Positions 1 to 7,888 of a stretch of DNA of 50,516 nt are shown here, piece after piece. The notes under the pieces are model-generated. The model had not been told where the DNA came from and ran no database searches. It was given only the letters and a program-made list of their open reading frames with translations. Positions within the stretch are counted from its first letter, which is position 1, and each line of letters starts with the position of its first letter. Location of the stretch: positions 1 through 50,516 of IMG/VR virus record IMGVR_UViG_3300044834_000021; one strand, written 5' to 3'. A program made the translations under genes and the position numbers. This DNA comes from a virus (taxonomy: Duplodnaviria > Caudoviricetes).

Positions 1-127
1 ACGACCAACGGGTTGAGCCGGACCTTCGCGAGGATCGAGGACGGGAGGATGAGGGTGTTCGGGCGCTTGCCCGTGACCGACCTGATCTTCTCCTTGCCGT
101 TCTCGACATCGAGCATCGGGTCGCCGG
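1..127. repeat. Terminal direct repeat (assembly overlap of a circular or permuted genome), copy 1
   Basis: 1-127 is identical to 50390-50516. 127 nt matches a common assembler k-mer, and the capsid ORF reads through the join. Confidence 0.95.
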
Positions 128-602
128 TTGCGGTGTCCCAACGTGCGCCACCCGCGAGGGCGACGACGTTCGCGCCGGGGTAGGTGCCTGCCGTGACCGC
201 AAGGAGTGCGGCCTCGGCCTCGCGTCCGAGGAGGAGTGCGTCGGTCGCCGACTGCACGGCCTCGGTCTCGGGCTGCAAGGGGTCGGAGGCGTTCTCCTTC
301 TCACGGTCGTCCACGGCCGCTGCGATCGCGTGCTCCTCGGCCGCGTAGGACGCGCGCGTGTTGGCCCACTCCACGAGTGCGGCGCGCGCCCTCGGTGCGC
401 GGATGTCGTCATAGACGCGCATCCGGTCCTTGAGCGGGTCGATCGTGAAGTATTGCCCGGCTTCCTTCGCCACCGGGACGGCCGGGAAGAGACTCTCGGC
501 CACGAAGCCGGGATTCTCGTATGCGAGCGCGATGTTGGTCAGGATCGGGTCCACCCCTTGAAGGTCTTGAGGGGCGGCGTACTTGCGAACGATTCTCGTC
601 AT
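1..602 (-). CDS. Major capsid protein, 5' part (continues across the join to the stop at 50038; about 317 aa in total)
   Basis: ATG at 602 after GAAAGGAAG. Reads MTRIVRKYAAPQDLQGVDPILTNIALAYENPGFVAESLFP..., a typical capsid N-terminus. In frame with 50038..50505 and lies after the protease and decoration genes. Confidence 0.9.
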   Translation of the reverse strand, partial: MTRIVRKYAAPQDLQGVDPILTNIALAYENPGFVAESLFPAVPVAKEAGQYFTIDPLKDRMRVYDDIRAPRARAALVEWANTRASYAAEEHAIAAAVDDREKENASDPLQPETEAVQSATDALLLGREAEAALLAVTAGTYPGANVVALAGGARWDTATGDPMLDVENGKEKIRSVTGKRPNTLILPSSILAKVRLNPLV

Positions 603-624
603 GTGTTCTTCCTTTCCCTCAGAC

Positions 625-1005
625 CTATGAGAACTTCGTGCCGGGTGCGGTCATCCGCATCTCGACCACATCGTCGAGAGCCGCAGCGGCTTGAAGTGAA
701 ACGCCGACGACGTAGTTCGTCGCCGTCGCGGTGAGGACCCGGCCGTTCGCGTCGGCCATGAGCGGGATGTTGGCCGCGAACGCGGCGGCCGCGCGCACCT
801 CGGCGGTGCCCGAGATGATGATGCCGACGGCGGTGCCGACGGTCGCGCGGGGCTTGTTGTAGATCACGCCGAGCGGGACATCCGCGCCTGCGCCTGTCGT
901 GAGCGTGCAACCGTTGGAGGCGGTGGCCTTCACGACCTTGCGCGCGTGCGTGGAGAGGTCGATGTCGGCCTTGCGCGTGATGGTCAGAAGTGGACGGTGT
1001 GGCAT
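625..1005 (-). CDS. Capsid decoration/cement protein (DUF2190-like)
   Basis: 126 aa Gly/Ala/Val-rich beta protein ending GVSLQAAAALDDVVEM; lies between scaffold and capsid. Confidence 0.75.
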   Translation of the reverse strand: MPHRPLLTITRKADIDLSTHARKVVKATASNGCTLTTGAGADVPLGVIYNKPRATVGTAVGIIISGTAEVRAAAAFAANIPLMADANGRVLTATATNYVVGVSLQAAAALDDVVEMRMTAPGTKFS

Positions 1006-1016
1006 CTTCCTCTCCT

Positions 1017-2783
1017 CTAGTTCGTCGCTGCGCGGGCCGACGCGGCGGCCTTTGCAACGTCCGGGTTGTTTTGCGTGACGATCTTGAGCGCGCTCGGGTA
1101 GTCGAGATCGCCCTTCGACTCCTGCATCGCGTTGAGCGCGAGACGGTGGAGCGCAGCGCGCGCGTCACCATCGGGATCGGGCGGCGTGGCCTCGGTGCCC
1201 TTCGATCCGCCGAAGATCGCGGGAGTCGCCGCGAGGTACTCCTTGAAGCCCTCGGGGTTGGACTTCGCGAACTTGGTGGCCCACGCCTTCTGAGCGGGGG
1301 CGACCTTCTTCTCCGTGATCGCCTGCGTGACGAGTGCGGTCGCGCGCTCCGTGGCACGCTCGGCCTTGAGCGTGACCAACTCTTCGCGCATCGCGTAGTC
1401 GGACGGCATCTTGCACGAGCCGTCTTCCCACTTGCCGCCCTTGTCCTCGCACTCGGCCTGCGTGGTGAACTCGCTCGCCACGCTGACCTTCTTGAACTTG
1501 GTCGCGGCCTCGGTGTTCGCGACTACGGCGGCGAGGATGTCCGCTTCGCTTGCCGTCTCCGCGAGTCCGAGGGCTTTGGCGATGACCTTCGGTTCCATGT
1601 TTGCTCCCTTCGCGTATTCACCTACGCCGGTCGCGGAGGCGTGCTGATCGAGGTGCGCTTTGGCCGCGTGGTCGCCGGACTTGAGTGCTGCGCGGAGGCC
1701 GCCGAGGTGCAGGAACATCTCGTCACCGGACACCCAATGGTGCGGATGGACCCACTTGGTCTTGTCGTCATCGGTCGCCACGGCGAAAGCCTCGGCCGGG
1801 AGTTGATCCTTCTCGATCTCGCTCCACGGTGGCTCGCCGCCACGTGATGTGTCGGAGTGCTTGAGCGCGGTACGCGCGTGCGCAGCCGCGTTGCCCTTGA
1901 GGAGGCCGCGTAGCGCGGCCGCCGTCTCGGTGAGGAACGAGCGCATCCGGGGCGCGCCGATCTTGCCCTTCGTGCCGTCCTTCACCTTCGCCGCGAGCGC
2001 CTCGAACTCGTCGGCGATGTTGTCCGCGATCTGATCGGTGCTCGCCTCGGAGAGGTCGTGATCCTTCGACGTGAACTTGATGACCGCATCGGCCTTCTTG
2101 TCGGAGGCGTAGGTGAGCGCGCCACCGTGGCGGCCGAGCGTGGAGCCGTAGAGGCTCACGATGTCGTCGAGGGTGGCGACGGCGGGTATCTCCTCACCGA
2201 GGAACGCGATCGCCTTGAGGACGTGCTTGTACGACTTGCCGTTCGGAGCCTTGCCGAACGAGCGCCAAATCTCCGAGGAGATGTTGCCGTATGCCTTCGC
2301 CTTGATGAGCGCCGCGATCTTCGCGGGCACCCGCGCCACGTCGGCCATCACCTTGTCGCCGACGCGGTACAGGTTGGTCACCCACCCGGCGGCGGGGTAG
2401 CCCTCGCGTTCGAGGAACTCTTGGTCGTCCTTGTGCCCGATCTTCGCGGGCGGTTCGAGGAGGCCCTCGGCCGTCAACTCGTTCGTGTTCTTGATGAGGT
2501 CCGCGATCTGCTCATCGGTGTACGGCTCGCCGTTCCAATGGCCGACGCTGAAAATCTCGACGCCGAGGAGGTCCTCGGTCGGGAGCGATTGGCCGTTGAT
2601 CGTGAGGGCCGTGCCGTCGTGGAAGTGGCCGATCGCGTGCTTCTTCGTGTCGCTCGATCCATCGCCGCCGCCCGACGCGATCGCGGTGCAGATGGTGCGC
2701 GCGCCCTCGTCGGTGAGTTCGGGGTCGCGGGATCGCTGCGCCACCATGCACGCATTGAGATCGGGGTACGGTCCTACGCTCAC
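1017..2783 (-). CDS. Mu-like prohead protease/scaffold fusion
   Basis: VEIFSVGHWNG, PAKIGH, PAAGWVTNL, YGNISSE, LKAIAFLGEEIPAV motifs. C-terminal scaffold region (KALGLAETASEADIL...ALVTQAITEKKVAPAQ). GTG 2783 lies 6 nt after TACGGT (leaderless). Confidence 0.85.
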   Translation of the reverse strand: MSVGPYPDLNACMVAQRSRDPELTDEGARTICTAIASGGGDGSSDTKKHAIGHFHDGTALTINGQSLPTEDLLGVEIFSVGHWNGEPYTDEQIADLIKNTNELTAEGLLEPPAKIGHKDDQEFLEREGYPAAGWVTNLYRVGDKVMADVARVPAKIAALIKAKAYGNISSEIWRSFGKAPNGKSYKHVLKAIAFLGEEIPAVATLDDIVSLYGSTLGRHGGALTYASDKKADAVIKFTSKDHDLSEASTDQIADNIADEFEALAAKVKDGTKGKIGAPRMRSFLTETAAALRGLLKGNAAAHARTALKHSDTSRGGEPPWSEIEKDQLPAEAFAVATDDDKTKWVHPHHWVSGDEMFLHLGGLRAALKSGDHAAKAHLDQHASATGVGEYAKGANMEPKVIAKALGLAETASEADILAAVVANTEAATKFKKVSVASEFTTQAECEDKGGKWEDGSCKMPSDYAMREELVTLKAERATERATALVTQAITEKKVAPAQKAWATKFAKSNPEGFKEYLAATPAIFGGSKGTEATPPDPDGDARAALHRLALNAMQESKGDLDYPSALKIVTQNNPDVAKAAASARAATN

Positions 2784-2832
2784 GCGCCGACCGTATAGCA
2801 CGCGAGTCCACGATAGGTAGCAGGGGTGCCAA

Positions 2833-2870
2833 CAAATAAGGCAGCGCCCCGGTCTGATCGGGACGCTGCC
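2833..2870 (-). terminator. Intrinsic terminator-like hairpin
   Basis: Minus strand: GGCAGCG...CGCTGCC stem followed by TTATTTGTT. Confidence 0.55.
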
Positions 2871-3116
2871 TTCGTGGGGAGGGGGAGGTGAGTCGGTCTA
2901 GTTCACGCCGCCGCCTGCCGGGTGAGGAGGGCGAGGAAGCATCGAGCGCAGAGGACCGAGATCGGGCCGTCGCGGATCACGCCGCGCCGGGTGCAGCCTC
3001 GGTGACATCGCTCGCCGTAGGGAACGAACTCTTCGATCGGCTCGTCGCCGTCCATGCCGCCACCATGAACGGGTGCAGACGGGGCGTCATGACGATTCGG
3101 TAATCCGCGTCGGGGC

Positions 3117-3344
3117 CTACGTGGCGGCGGGAACTCCCGCGAGCGCGAGCGCCTCGGCCTCGGTAATCTCGGTCGCGCCGATCTCGCCGTTGTACAGGTA
3201 TGCGGAAAGGGCCTCCGTGTCCTCGATCCACTTGCCCTGCGTCGGGTCGAAGCGTTCGAGGAAGAGGCCCTCTTCGGAGCGGCGCTCGCGAGCCACGTAG
3301 CGCAGCGCCCCCGCTAGATCGTCCACTCGGTAGTACCGGATCAT
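3117..3344 (-). CDS. Putative immunity protein for the MuF RelA/SpoT-like toxin (IapK-like)
   Basis: 75 aa with N-terminal RYYR, central W and C-terminal EITEAEA. From memory this resembles Apk2 immunity proteins. TAGACT -10 box lies 8 nt before the ATG. Confidence 0.55.
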   Translation of the reverse strand: MIRYYRVDDLAGALRYVARERRSEEGLFLERFDPTQGKWIEDTEALSAYLYNGEIGATEITEAEALALAGVPAAT

Positions 3345-3390
3345 TGAGGCGGAGTCTAGGCCCTACGCACCTCCGCCGGTTGGGTGATCT

Positions 3391-3606
3391 CTACGAGAGC
3401 CACCCGCCGACCTCGCCCGCGAGGAACTTGCGGCGGGCCTCCGCGATCGTGTCGGCCATCACCCACGCCCACTTGTCCACGCGGTCGATCCCGTTGCGGA
3501 CCTCGCGCTCGTTCGTCATGCCGTCGGCCGTGACCTCGACGATCTGCCGACCCATGTACGCGGGTCGCTTCGGGTACGCGATCTCGGCGAGATGGAAGCG
3601 CCTCAC
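3391..3606 (-). CDS. Hypothetical protein (71 aa)
   Basis: GTGA overlap with the upstream stop; phage-like codon usage. Confidence 0.6.
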   Translation of the reverse strand: MRRFHLAEIAYPKRPAYMGRQIVEVTADGMTNEREVRNGIDRVDKWAWVMADTIAEARRKFLAGEVGGWLS

Positions 3607-4202
3607 GAGTGCGCCTTCACGATGAACTTCGCGAGCGCGGCCTTCGCCGCCGCGCGGACTTGCTTCGCCTCGTTGAACGCGAGGGCCGTCTTGGTGACTT
3701 CCTCCTCGGCCGCTTCGAGTTCCCGTTCGAGGTGCTCGCGCTCGGCCCCGCCGAGGACCTTGATCGCTTCGGGTGTCTTCACCCACTCGTTGAAGGCTCG
3801 CTCGATCTCGGCTCCGATCGCGAGCCTCGCGGACTTGCTCGCGTCGTCGTGTCCCTTCGTGCCGTCCCACGCCCTCGTCGCGTAGAGGTTGGAGGCGTTC
3901 TCCTGCCTCGCCTTCCATTGGTCAGGCCCGTGAAGCCGCGCTTCGAGTTGCTTGTTCGACTCGTTCACGCCGTCGAACACCTCGTAGTTGTACCCATAGC
4001 CCTCGTACTTGCCGATGTGCCACGTCCCGTCGGACCACGGGAAGAGGTGCGCGCTCACGTGGTACTCGATGCCCCTGATCGGCCCCATCATCTTCGCCGT
4101 CCCGTGCTCGTAGCCGGGGTGCGAGACGTGGACGTGCTTCGCGTCGGTCGCGGTGATCTCGCGTGTGCCGAACTTCGTTTCGAGGATCGCGGTCTTGAAC
4201 AT
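3603..4202 (-). CDS. Hypothetical protein with C-terminal coiled coil (199 aa)
   Basis: ATG 4202 after AAGGAAGGGAG; downstream of repeat promoter 4225-4253. Confidence 0.75.
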   Translation of the reverse strand: MFKTAILETKFGTREITATDAKHVHVSHPGYEHGTAKMMGPIRGIEYHVSAHLFPWSDGTWHIGKYEGYGYNYEVFDGVNESNKQLEARLHGPDQWKARQENASNLYATRAWDGTKGHDDASKSARLAIGAEIERAFNEWVKTPEAIKVLGGAEREHLERELEAAEEEVTKTALAFNEAKQVRAAAKAALAKFIVKAHS

Positions 4203-4224
4203 CTCTAGTCTCCCTTCCTTCTTG

Positions 4225-4253
4225 ATCGTAGCCGTGTCGTCGCCTGTCGTCAA
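4225..4253 (-). promoter_or_regulatory. Repeat promoter/operator copy 1
   Basis: TTGACG-acaggcgacgacacggc (17)-TACGAT. Confidence 0.85.
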
Positions 4254-4429
4254 CCGGGCGTGCCGCGCGCCCACGCCGTCAGGAGCCGAGCGCGCGTCTG
4301 CTCCCAAAACCGTGCCTGCGTCTCGTTCGGCGGCTTCGCGTATCGGAAGTCGGAGATGACCTGAGTGATCGCGGCGTCGATGTCGAGCGCGTCCTTCTTG
4401 GAGAGGATCACGCTGCGCAGTTCGTCCAT
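4250..4429 (-). CDS. Hypothetical protein (59 aa, below ORF-track cutoff)
   Basis: MDELRSVILSKKDALDIDAAI...ARGTPG*; SD AAGGAG; its TGA lies inside the -35 box of copy 1. Confidence 0.65.
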   Translation of the reverse strand: MDELRSVILSKKDALDIDAAITQVISDFRYAKPPNETQARFWEQTRARLLTAWARGTPG

Positions 4430-4440
4430 CGGTCGGCTCC

Positions 4441-4797
4441 TTACGCTCCGGTCGCCAACGCGCGCTCGCGTGCGCCGGGTGTCTCGCGGAGGTACTTGTC
4501 TCGCGCCTTGCTCGCCGCCTTGAGGAACTTCGGTGCGCGCTCCACCGTGCCGTCAGGGTTGATGCGGAACGAGGCGACCTTGAACGCGGCGGTCTGCCCC
4601 TCGAAGTCGTTGATCCCGTGCTCGGCCATGCGGTAGATCGTGCCGGTGTACGCACCGTCATCGTTCTCGCGGCCGCGCTCGTAGAAGTACCGCGCGCCGC
4701 CCTCCATGAACGTGTTGGAGGAGCCGGTCTGCTCGCGGCACGCCTTCGTCCACAACTCCTCGGTCTTGCTCGCCGCCGCCGTCAATGAGTAGCCCAC
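4441..4797 (-). CDS. Hypothetical protein
   Basis: 118 aa; TAGTG overlap with the upstream gene. Confidence 0.7.
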   Translation of the reverse strand: MGYSLTAAASKTEELWTKACREQTGSSNTFMEGGARYFYERGRENDDGAYTGTIYRMAEHGINDFEGQTAAFKVASFRINPDGTVERAPKFLKAASKARDKYLRETPGARERALATGA

Positions 4798-5132
4798 TAG
4801 GTCCCGCCTTTCAGACCGAGGAGCGCGTCGAGCGCCTCGTCGGTCACGTACTTCTTCGCGATCTCATCCATGACGGCCTTCTGCGCGGGCGACGAGTCAC
4901 GGATGCCGGACCAATCGAAGCCCACGTCCGCGCCGTAGCCGAAGCCGTCCTGCTCGGCCCATATCTCCGCGATCGCCTCGGGGGCCACGTCCATCGCGGT
5001 CGTGATCCGCAGGAGGTTGCGCGAGCCGGTGAAGTTGTACCAACGACCCGCCTGCGCGTCCTCTTCGTTGAACGCGAACTCGCCCTTGTACTTGCCGGGA
5101 CCGATCACCTGCACGTTGCGGTACTTCTGCAT
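4797..5132 (-). CDS. Hypothetical protein
   Basis: 111 aa; SD GGAAGGGAG; downstream of copy 2. Confidence 0.75.
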   Translation of the reverse strand: MQKYRNVQVIGPGKYKGEFAFNEEDAQAGRWYNFTGSRNLLRITTAMDVAPEAIAEIWAEQDGFGYGADVGFDWSGIRDSSPAQKAVMDEIAKKYVTDEALDALLGLKGGT

Positions 5133-5155
5133 CTGTCAGTCTCCCTTCCGATCTG

Positions 5156-5183
5156 AGTCTAGCACGTCGTCACCTGTCGTCAC
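5156..5183 (-). promoter_or_regulatory. Repeat promoter/operator copy 2
   Basis: GTGACG-acaggtgacgacgtgc (16)-TAGACT. Confidence 0.75.
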
Positions 5184-5458
5184 CACGCGCCGCCCGTATT
5201 CTCCACGATCGCGACGATCCACTCGAAGATGTGCTGCTCGTGCATCTCCTCGACGCGGGCCTTGATCGCGCCGCCGGTCCTCGACTCCCACCCGCACTTG
5301 CAGGTGAGGTCGAAGCCGATCCCCTTCACGGAGACGCCCCACGGCTGCGTGTACCACTTGCCGCCGGTCGTCCACTTCCACGTGGCGCGGTGCCCGGCGC
5401 GCACGGCCTTGTAGTCGAGGCCCGCCTTCTTCGCGGCGCGCTCGGCGAGTCCGGTCAC
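5180..5458 (-). CDS. Hypothetical protein with CxCGW...H motif
   Basis: GTGA overlap at 5455-5458; stop TGA lies in the -35 box of copy 2. Confidence 0.7.
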   Translation of the reverse strand: MTGLAERAAKKAGLDYKAVRAGHRATWKWTTGGKWYTQPWGVSVKGIGFDLTCKCGWESRTGGAIKARVEEMHEQHIFEWIVAIVENTGGAW

Positions 5459-5637
5459 TTCTGACCACCTTTCTTCGCGAGCGCCTTGAGCGCCTTCTCG
5501 ATCTTGGTGAAGCAGGGGTCGCACACCTCGCCCGTCACCCATCCCTTCCCCGGCACGAAGGCCATGTGCTTCGTCCGCCACGGGTGGTCGGGGCACCCCC
5601 CGTCGATCGCCCTGCCGGTCTGTCTCTTCTGTCTCAC
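5455..5637 (-). CDS. Small Cys-containing hypothetical protein (leaderless)
   Basis: GTG 6 nt after the TACGCT of copy 3; CxxH and CxxC motifs. Confidence 0.6.
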   Translation of the reverse strand: MRQKRQTGRAIDGGCPDHPWRTKHMAFVPGKGWVTGEVCDPCFTKIEKALKALAKKGGQK

Positions 5638-5643
5638 GGTCGA

Positions 5644-5672
5644 AGCGTACTCCTGTCGTCACGTGTCGTCAA
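5644..5672 (-). promoter_or_regulatory. Repeat promoter/operator copy 3 (divergent pair with copy 4)
   Basis: TTGACG-acacgtgacgacaggag (17)-TACGCT. Confidence 0.85.
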
Positions 5673-5737
5673 CACAGATCGCGCGCACGCCCGCCGGGCT
5701 GATACCGACCCGACGCCGCTACCTATCTCGGTCGCGC

Positions 5738-5766
5738 TTGACGACAGGTGACGACGCGAGTACGCT
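5738..5766 (+). promoter_or_regulatory. Repeat promoter/operator copy 4
   Basis: TTGACG-acaggtgacgacgcgag (17)-TACGCT; ATG 6 nt downstream. Confidence 0.85.
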
Positions 5767-5772
5767 TTGGGC

Positions 5773-6630
5773 ATGAAGGAACAGGCCACCACCACCCTCG
5801 CGATCGAGACCGACACGGCGCTCGCCGCCCTGTACTACAGGAAGGCGGCGCTCGGCGAGGACATCTCGGGCGACGTGAAGACGCTCGACTTCTACACGAA
5901 GAAGGCGGGGAAGGGCGCACTCGCGCCGTGGGACGCCGAGGCCGTGAAGAGGACCGAGGCCGGTCTCGCGATCAAGAGGGCGGAGATGGCCGAGATCAAG
6001 AAGGCGATGGAGCCGCTCGAAGCGATCTACGAGGCGCACAGGTGGACGAGGGCCTTCCTCGTGGTGCAGTCGCACAAGGGCCACGTGCACTCCTCGATGC
6101 ATTGCTCGACGTGCTACCCGACCACGGCCTTCGTGTGGCTCCCGAAATACTCCGGTGAGAGCGAGACGAAGATCGTGGCCGACGCGGGCGAGCGGGCGTG
6201 CACGATCTGCTACCCGAGCGCGCCGGTAGACGCGAAGGGCACGGTGATCTTCTCCGAGGACGAGATCGCCGCCGCGAAAAGGAAGGCCGAGAAGGCCGAG
6301 GCCAAGATCGCGAAGGACGCCAAGAAGGCAGCGGCCGCGCCCACCAAGAGCGGCGCTCCCCTGACGATCATCGAGGTGAGCACGGGTTGGGACGGCAAGA
6401 GCCACTCGTACAAGAGGAGCCTCGCGACCGAGATCACGGCCAAGAGCGAGTACGTGAGCATGGCTCAGTCGATCGCGTGGTCGAAGTGGCCGCAGGACAT
6501 CGAGGCGAAGAAGGTGGCGATGGCGCAGATCGCCGAGGCCCTCGCCGAGAAGCATGGCGTGACGATCGAGGAAGAGATCGCGGCCCTCGCGAAGAAGGTG
6601 GCCGCGAAGAACAGGAAGGACGGGGGATGA
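5773..6630 (+). CDS. Conserved phage Zn-binding hypothetical protein (leaderless)
   Basis: GHVHSSMHCSTCYPTT...CTICYPSAP motif, recalled from actinophage early proteins; flanking coiled coils. Confidence 0.8.
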   Translation: MKEQATTTLAIETDTALAALYYRKAALGEDISGDVKTLDFYTKKAGKGALAPWDAEAVKRTEAGLAIKRAEMAEIKKAMEPLEAIYEAHRWTRAFLVVQSHKGHVHSSMHCSTCYPTTAFVWLPKYSGESETKIVADAGERACTICYPSAPVDAKGTVIFSEDEIAAAKRKAEKAEAKIAKDAKKAAAAPTKSGAPLTIIEVSTGWDGKSHSYKRSLATEITAKSEYVSMAQSIAWSKWPQDIEAKKVAMAQIAEALAEKHGVTIEEEIAALAKKVAAKNRKDGG

Positions 6631-6749
6631 GAGGCCCGGAGGGATCGTTCTTCGGATGGACAGGCGGCGAGGTCGTGGTCGGCCTGATCGTGCTCGCGTT
6701 CTTTGTGATCGCGGTCCTGATCGCCATGCGGATCAAGCCCCCCGCTTGA
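6627..6749 (+). CDS. Small single-pass membrane protein (40 aa)
   Basis: ATGA overlap; hydrophobic VVVGLIVLAFFVIAVLIAM; stop TGA lies in the -35 box of copy 5. Confidence 0.6.
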   Translation: MRGPEGSFFGWTGGEVVVGLIVLAFFVIAVLIAMRIKPPA

Positions 6750-6774
6750 CGACAGGTGACGACGATGGTACGCT
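6746..6774 (+). promoter_or_regulatory. Repeat promoter/operator copy 5
   Basis: TTGACG-acaggtgacgacgatgg (17)-TACGCT. Confidence 0.85.
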
Positions 6775-6802
6775 TGGGGCAGCAAGGAAGGGAGACCAAC
6801 AG

Positions 6803-7216
6803 ATGAAGAACCCGTGGGGCAAGAGCATTCCGGTGGAGCCGAGGGCCACACTCGCCGATCGGGCTTACGCGGTCTACGAGGACCTCAGACTTCCCGGTTG
6901 GACGTGGTACGTGCTCAAGGTCAACCAAGCGCCCGGATCGAAGAAGGGCAAGTTCTCGTCGGCGTTCTGCCTCGTGACCTCGCCGATGACCGGCGGGTCG
7001 GGCGATCTCGGTGACACGTACCTGAGCGACATCGGCGGCACACTCATCAAGGGCGTGGACATCAAGGCCGGTGCGCCGATCGTGGAGGACCCGCTCGCGG
7101 ACATCCTCGACAAGCCGATCCCCGGCAAGCAGTACGCGCTCACCTCGTTCAAGAACGGCGGGCCGTCGATCGCGAACGGCAACACGTGGGCCGAGTCCGA
7201 AGTGAAGGAGGACTAG
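6803..7216 (+). CDS. Hypothetical protein, DUF2958-like
   Basis: MKNPWGKS...WTWYVLK...FCLVTSP...DLGDTYLSDI; SD AAGGAAGGGAG. Confidence 0.65.
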   Translation: MKNPWGKSIPVEPRATLADRAYAVYEDLRLPGWTWYVLKVNQAPGSKKGKFSSAFCLVTSPMTGGSGDLGDTYLSDIGGTLIKGVDIKAGAPIVEDPLADILDKPIPGKQYALTSFKNGGPSIANGNTWAESEVKED

Positions 7217-7426
7217 ATGGGCTACATGAGCGCAATGGGATCGTGCTTCGGGTGCGGGCGACTCTTCTCGTTCAATCCCGATCGCGTTCCCTCGGTGACG
7301 CCGCCGGGCGGCACACGGGAGCCGATCTGCCCCGAGTGCGTGAAGCGCGCGAACGTGGTGCGCGCGAAGAACGGCAAGGCCCTCATCGTCCCGATGCCGG
7401 GGGCCTACGAGCCGGAGGAGGTCTGA
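7217..7426 (+). CDS. Small Zn-finger protein
   Basis: CFGC...CPEC; start abuts the upstream TAG. Confidence 0.7.
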   Translation: MGYMSAMGSCFGCGRLFSFNPDRVPSVTPPGGTREPICPECVKRANVVRAKNGKALIVPMPGAYEPEEV

Positions 7427-7427
7427 G

Positions 7428-7703
7428 ATGCCACGCAGCACACGCCGCCCGTATTGGCCCCGGTACTTCCTCGTGCACGACTCGGGCTTCCCGGCTCACG
7501 CGAAGGACGCCGGGACGCTCAAGAGGGCGCGCGACATCTATCACGCAGCCGGGTGGCACACGACGATCATCGGCCCGGTCGGCTCGCGCGAGGAGGCGAT
7601 GAAGAGGGCGCGGCCGTGGTGGGACAAGTTGCGCGCGGCCGAGCGCGCGCTCGCCGATCGCGCCGAGGCCCTCATGGCGGCGAAGAAGGAGAGCGCGTCG
7701 TGA
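7428..7703 (+). CDS. Hypothetical protein
   Basis: 91 aa; SD GGAGGAGG. Confidence 0.65.
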   Translation: MPRSTRRPYWPRYFLVHDSGFPAHAKDAGTLKRARDIYHAAGWHTTIIGPVGSREEAMKRARPWWDKLRAAERALADRAEALMAAKKESAS

Positions 7704-7828
7704 TGTGGCTCGACGAGGACAGGCGGCTCGGAGAGGCGCTCATCGAGCGCGCGGTCAACGGGGTCGAGGCCGCCGTGAGAGAGTGGGAACAAGAGATGAT
7801 CCGCGCGGACGAGGCTGTAGCCCGGTAA
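7703..7828 (+). CDS. Hypothetical protein (41 aa)
   Basis: TGATG overlap; SD AAGGAG. Confidence 0.5.
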   Translation: MWLDEDRRLGEALIERAVNGVEAAVREWEQEMIRADEAVAR

Positions 7829-7857
7829 TTCCGGGGTGGGTAGCGAGCGGCGCGGAG

Positions 7858-7888
7858 CCGCCGGGTGAAAGCCCGGCGGTTTTCTTTT
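7858..7888 (+). terminator. Intrinsic terminator ending the rightward cassette
   Basis: GCCGCCGGG-TGAAAG-CCCGGCGGT followed by TTTCTTTT; abuts the stop of the convergent MuF gene. Confidence 0.85.

Noticed and set aside
5644-5766. Inverted repeat copies as an invertible switch
   Set aside because: No site-specific recombinase is recognisable, and divergent promoters explain the arrangement.
4225-6774. Repeats as a CRISPR array
   Set aside because: Spacing is irregular (65 to about 1000 bp), both orientations occur, the intervals are genes and no cas genes are visible.
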